From positions 24,058,001 through 24,122,000 of the forward strand of contig CM052818.1 in the NCBI GenBank assembly GCA_028534125.1: a stretch of 64,000 bases of DNA, given 5' to 3'. The notes under the pieces are model-generated. The model saw only the letters and a list, made by a program, of their open reading frames with translations. It made no database searches and had not been told where the DNA came from. Below, one piece after another: positions 63,251 through 64,000 of this stretch (positions are counted from its first letter, which is position 1; each line of letters begins with the position of its first letter). Both the position numbers and the translations under genes were made by a program. Origin of the DNA: Lama glama. Lineage: Eukaryota.

Positions 63251-64000
63251 ATAAAGATATTAGTGAAAAGTCTTTTTGCTGTGCATCAGGAAGCCAGGAA
63301 AAGGTGAGTGGGGGAGTGGATAAGGAAGACGAGGTAACAGCGGTGCTCTCTTAAGTTACTGGCCAAGTAAGTATTTTGGAAAAGCCGTTCTGTGAAAACT
63401 GTGCCTGGAAACATGCTGTTATTATCGACACAGAGGTATTAATGGGAAGAAACCCAAGAAATTATTGTGATCTTGGTTGGAAAATCACATTGAATACCGT
63501 GTACTGTTTTTAAGAGGAAACCAATCATGTTTTTTATAAACTCTGAAAATGTATTTTGTCAGTCCCAATTAAAGAACTGTGACATGAAGCTCCAGTTTTT
63601 AAAAAAATAAGCTACTTTTATTTTCTAATAGCATAATCAGGATAAGAGAATTTTGATACATCTGCTGTTTCTTTTCTTTTCTTTTTTCTTTTTTTTTTTT
63701 TGCCAAAAATACGGCTCCAGGAGTTTTAAATAAGAATTTCCACATGGAGATGAGAGTGTTTATAACATACTGGAACAATTTTGTTCACTTTCCTTTTCCC
63801 ATCCAGATTGATTCAAGGAAATGGGTATTAGAATGAAAAATCATACTCACATTTAGATGATTATTTATTGAACATCAGGCAAGGTCTGTCTAAGGACAAG
63901 GACAACTTTGGCTCTGGCAGTGACTTCTGAATAGCATCCCGAAAAATGTTCAGAAATAAATACACGTTGTGTTTTAAAATTCCCCAGGATGGCTCAGTAC

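Noticed and set aside
1..64000. CRISPR array, operon, ERV internal genes, NUMT or other novel multi-gene system
   Set aside because: No repeat-spacer periodicity, no long real ORFs, LTRs are solo with no gag/pol/env, and no mitochondrial-like sequence recognised.

Overview
AT-rich, repeat-dense eutherian DNA, most likely camelid: it carries a tRNA-Ala-derived vic-1-type SINE and young artiodactyl-type L1 3' ends. Three gaps of exactly 500 N split it into four contigs. I recognise no protein-coding gene, functional RNA gene, CRISPR array or operon-like system, so it reads as intergenic or deep intronic. Every ORF with recognisable protein similarity is a disrupted LINE-1 remnant; the rest are chance frames or N-run artefacts. 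Much of the window is layered transposon debris: L1 of several ages, L2, L3/CR1, MIR, ERV1, ERVL and MaLR solo LTRs, and hAT and Tigger MITEs. Subfamily names are from memory of consensus sequences, not a database search, and old-element boundaries are approximate. The best observations are: (1) an orphan L1 5' end at about 52.5-53.6 kb that has kept a dense CpG cluster with two NRF1-type palindromes and splice donors on both strands; (2) a twin-primed 5'-inverted L1 with TSDs at 58.85-60.93 kb; (3) a small duplication in an old MaLR LTR that creates two GAS sites 12 bp apart; (4) a strong CTCF motif, RFX X-boxes and several hairpins or palindromes. The sequence alone does not support a new biological system; all regulatory ideas are hypotheses.
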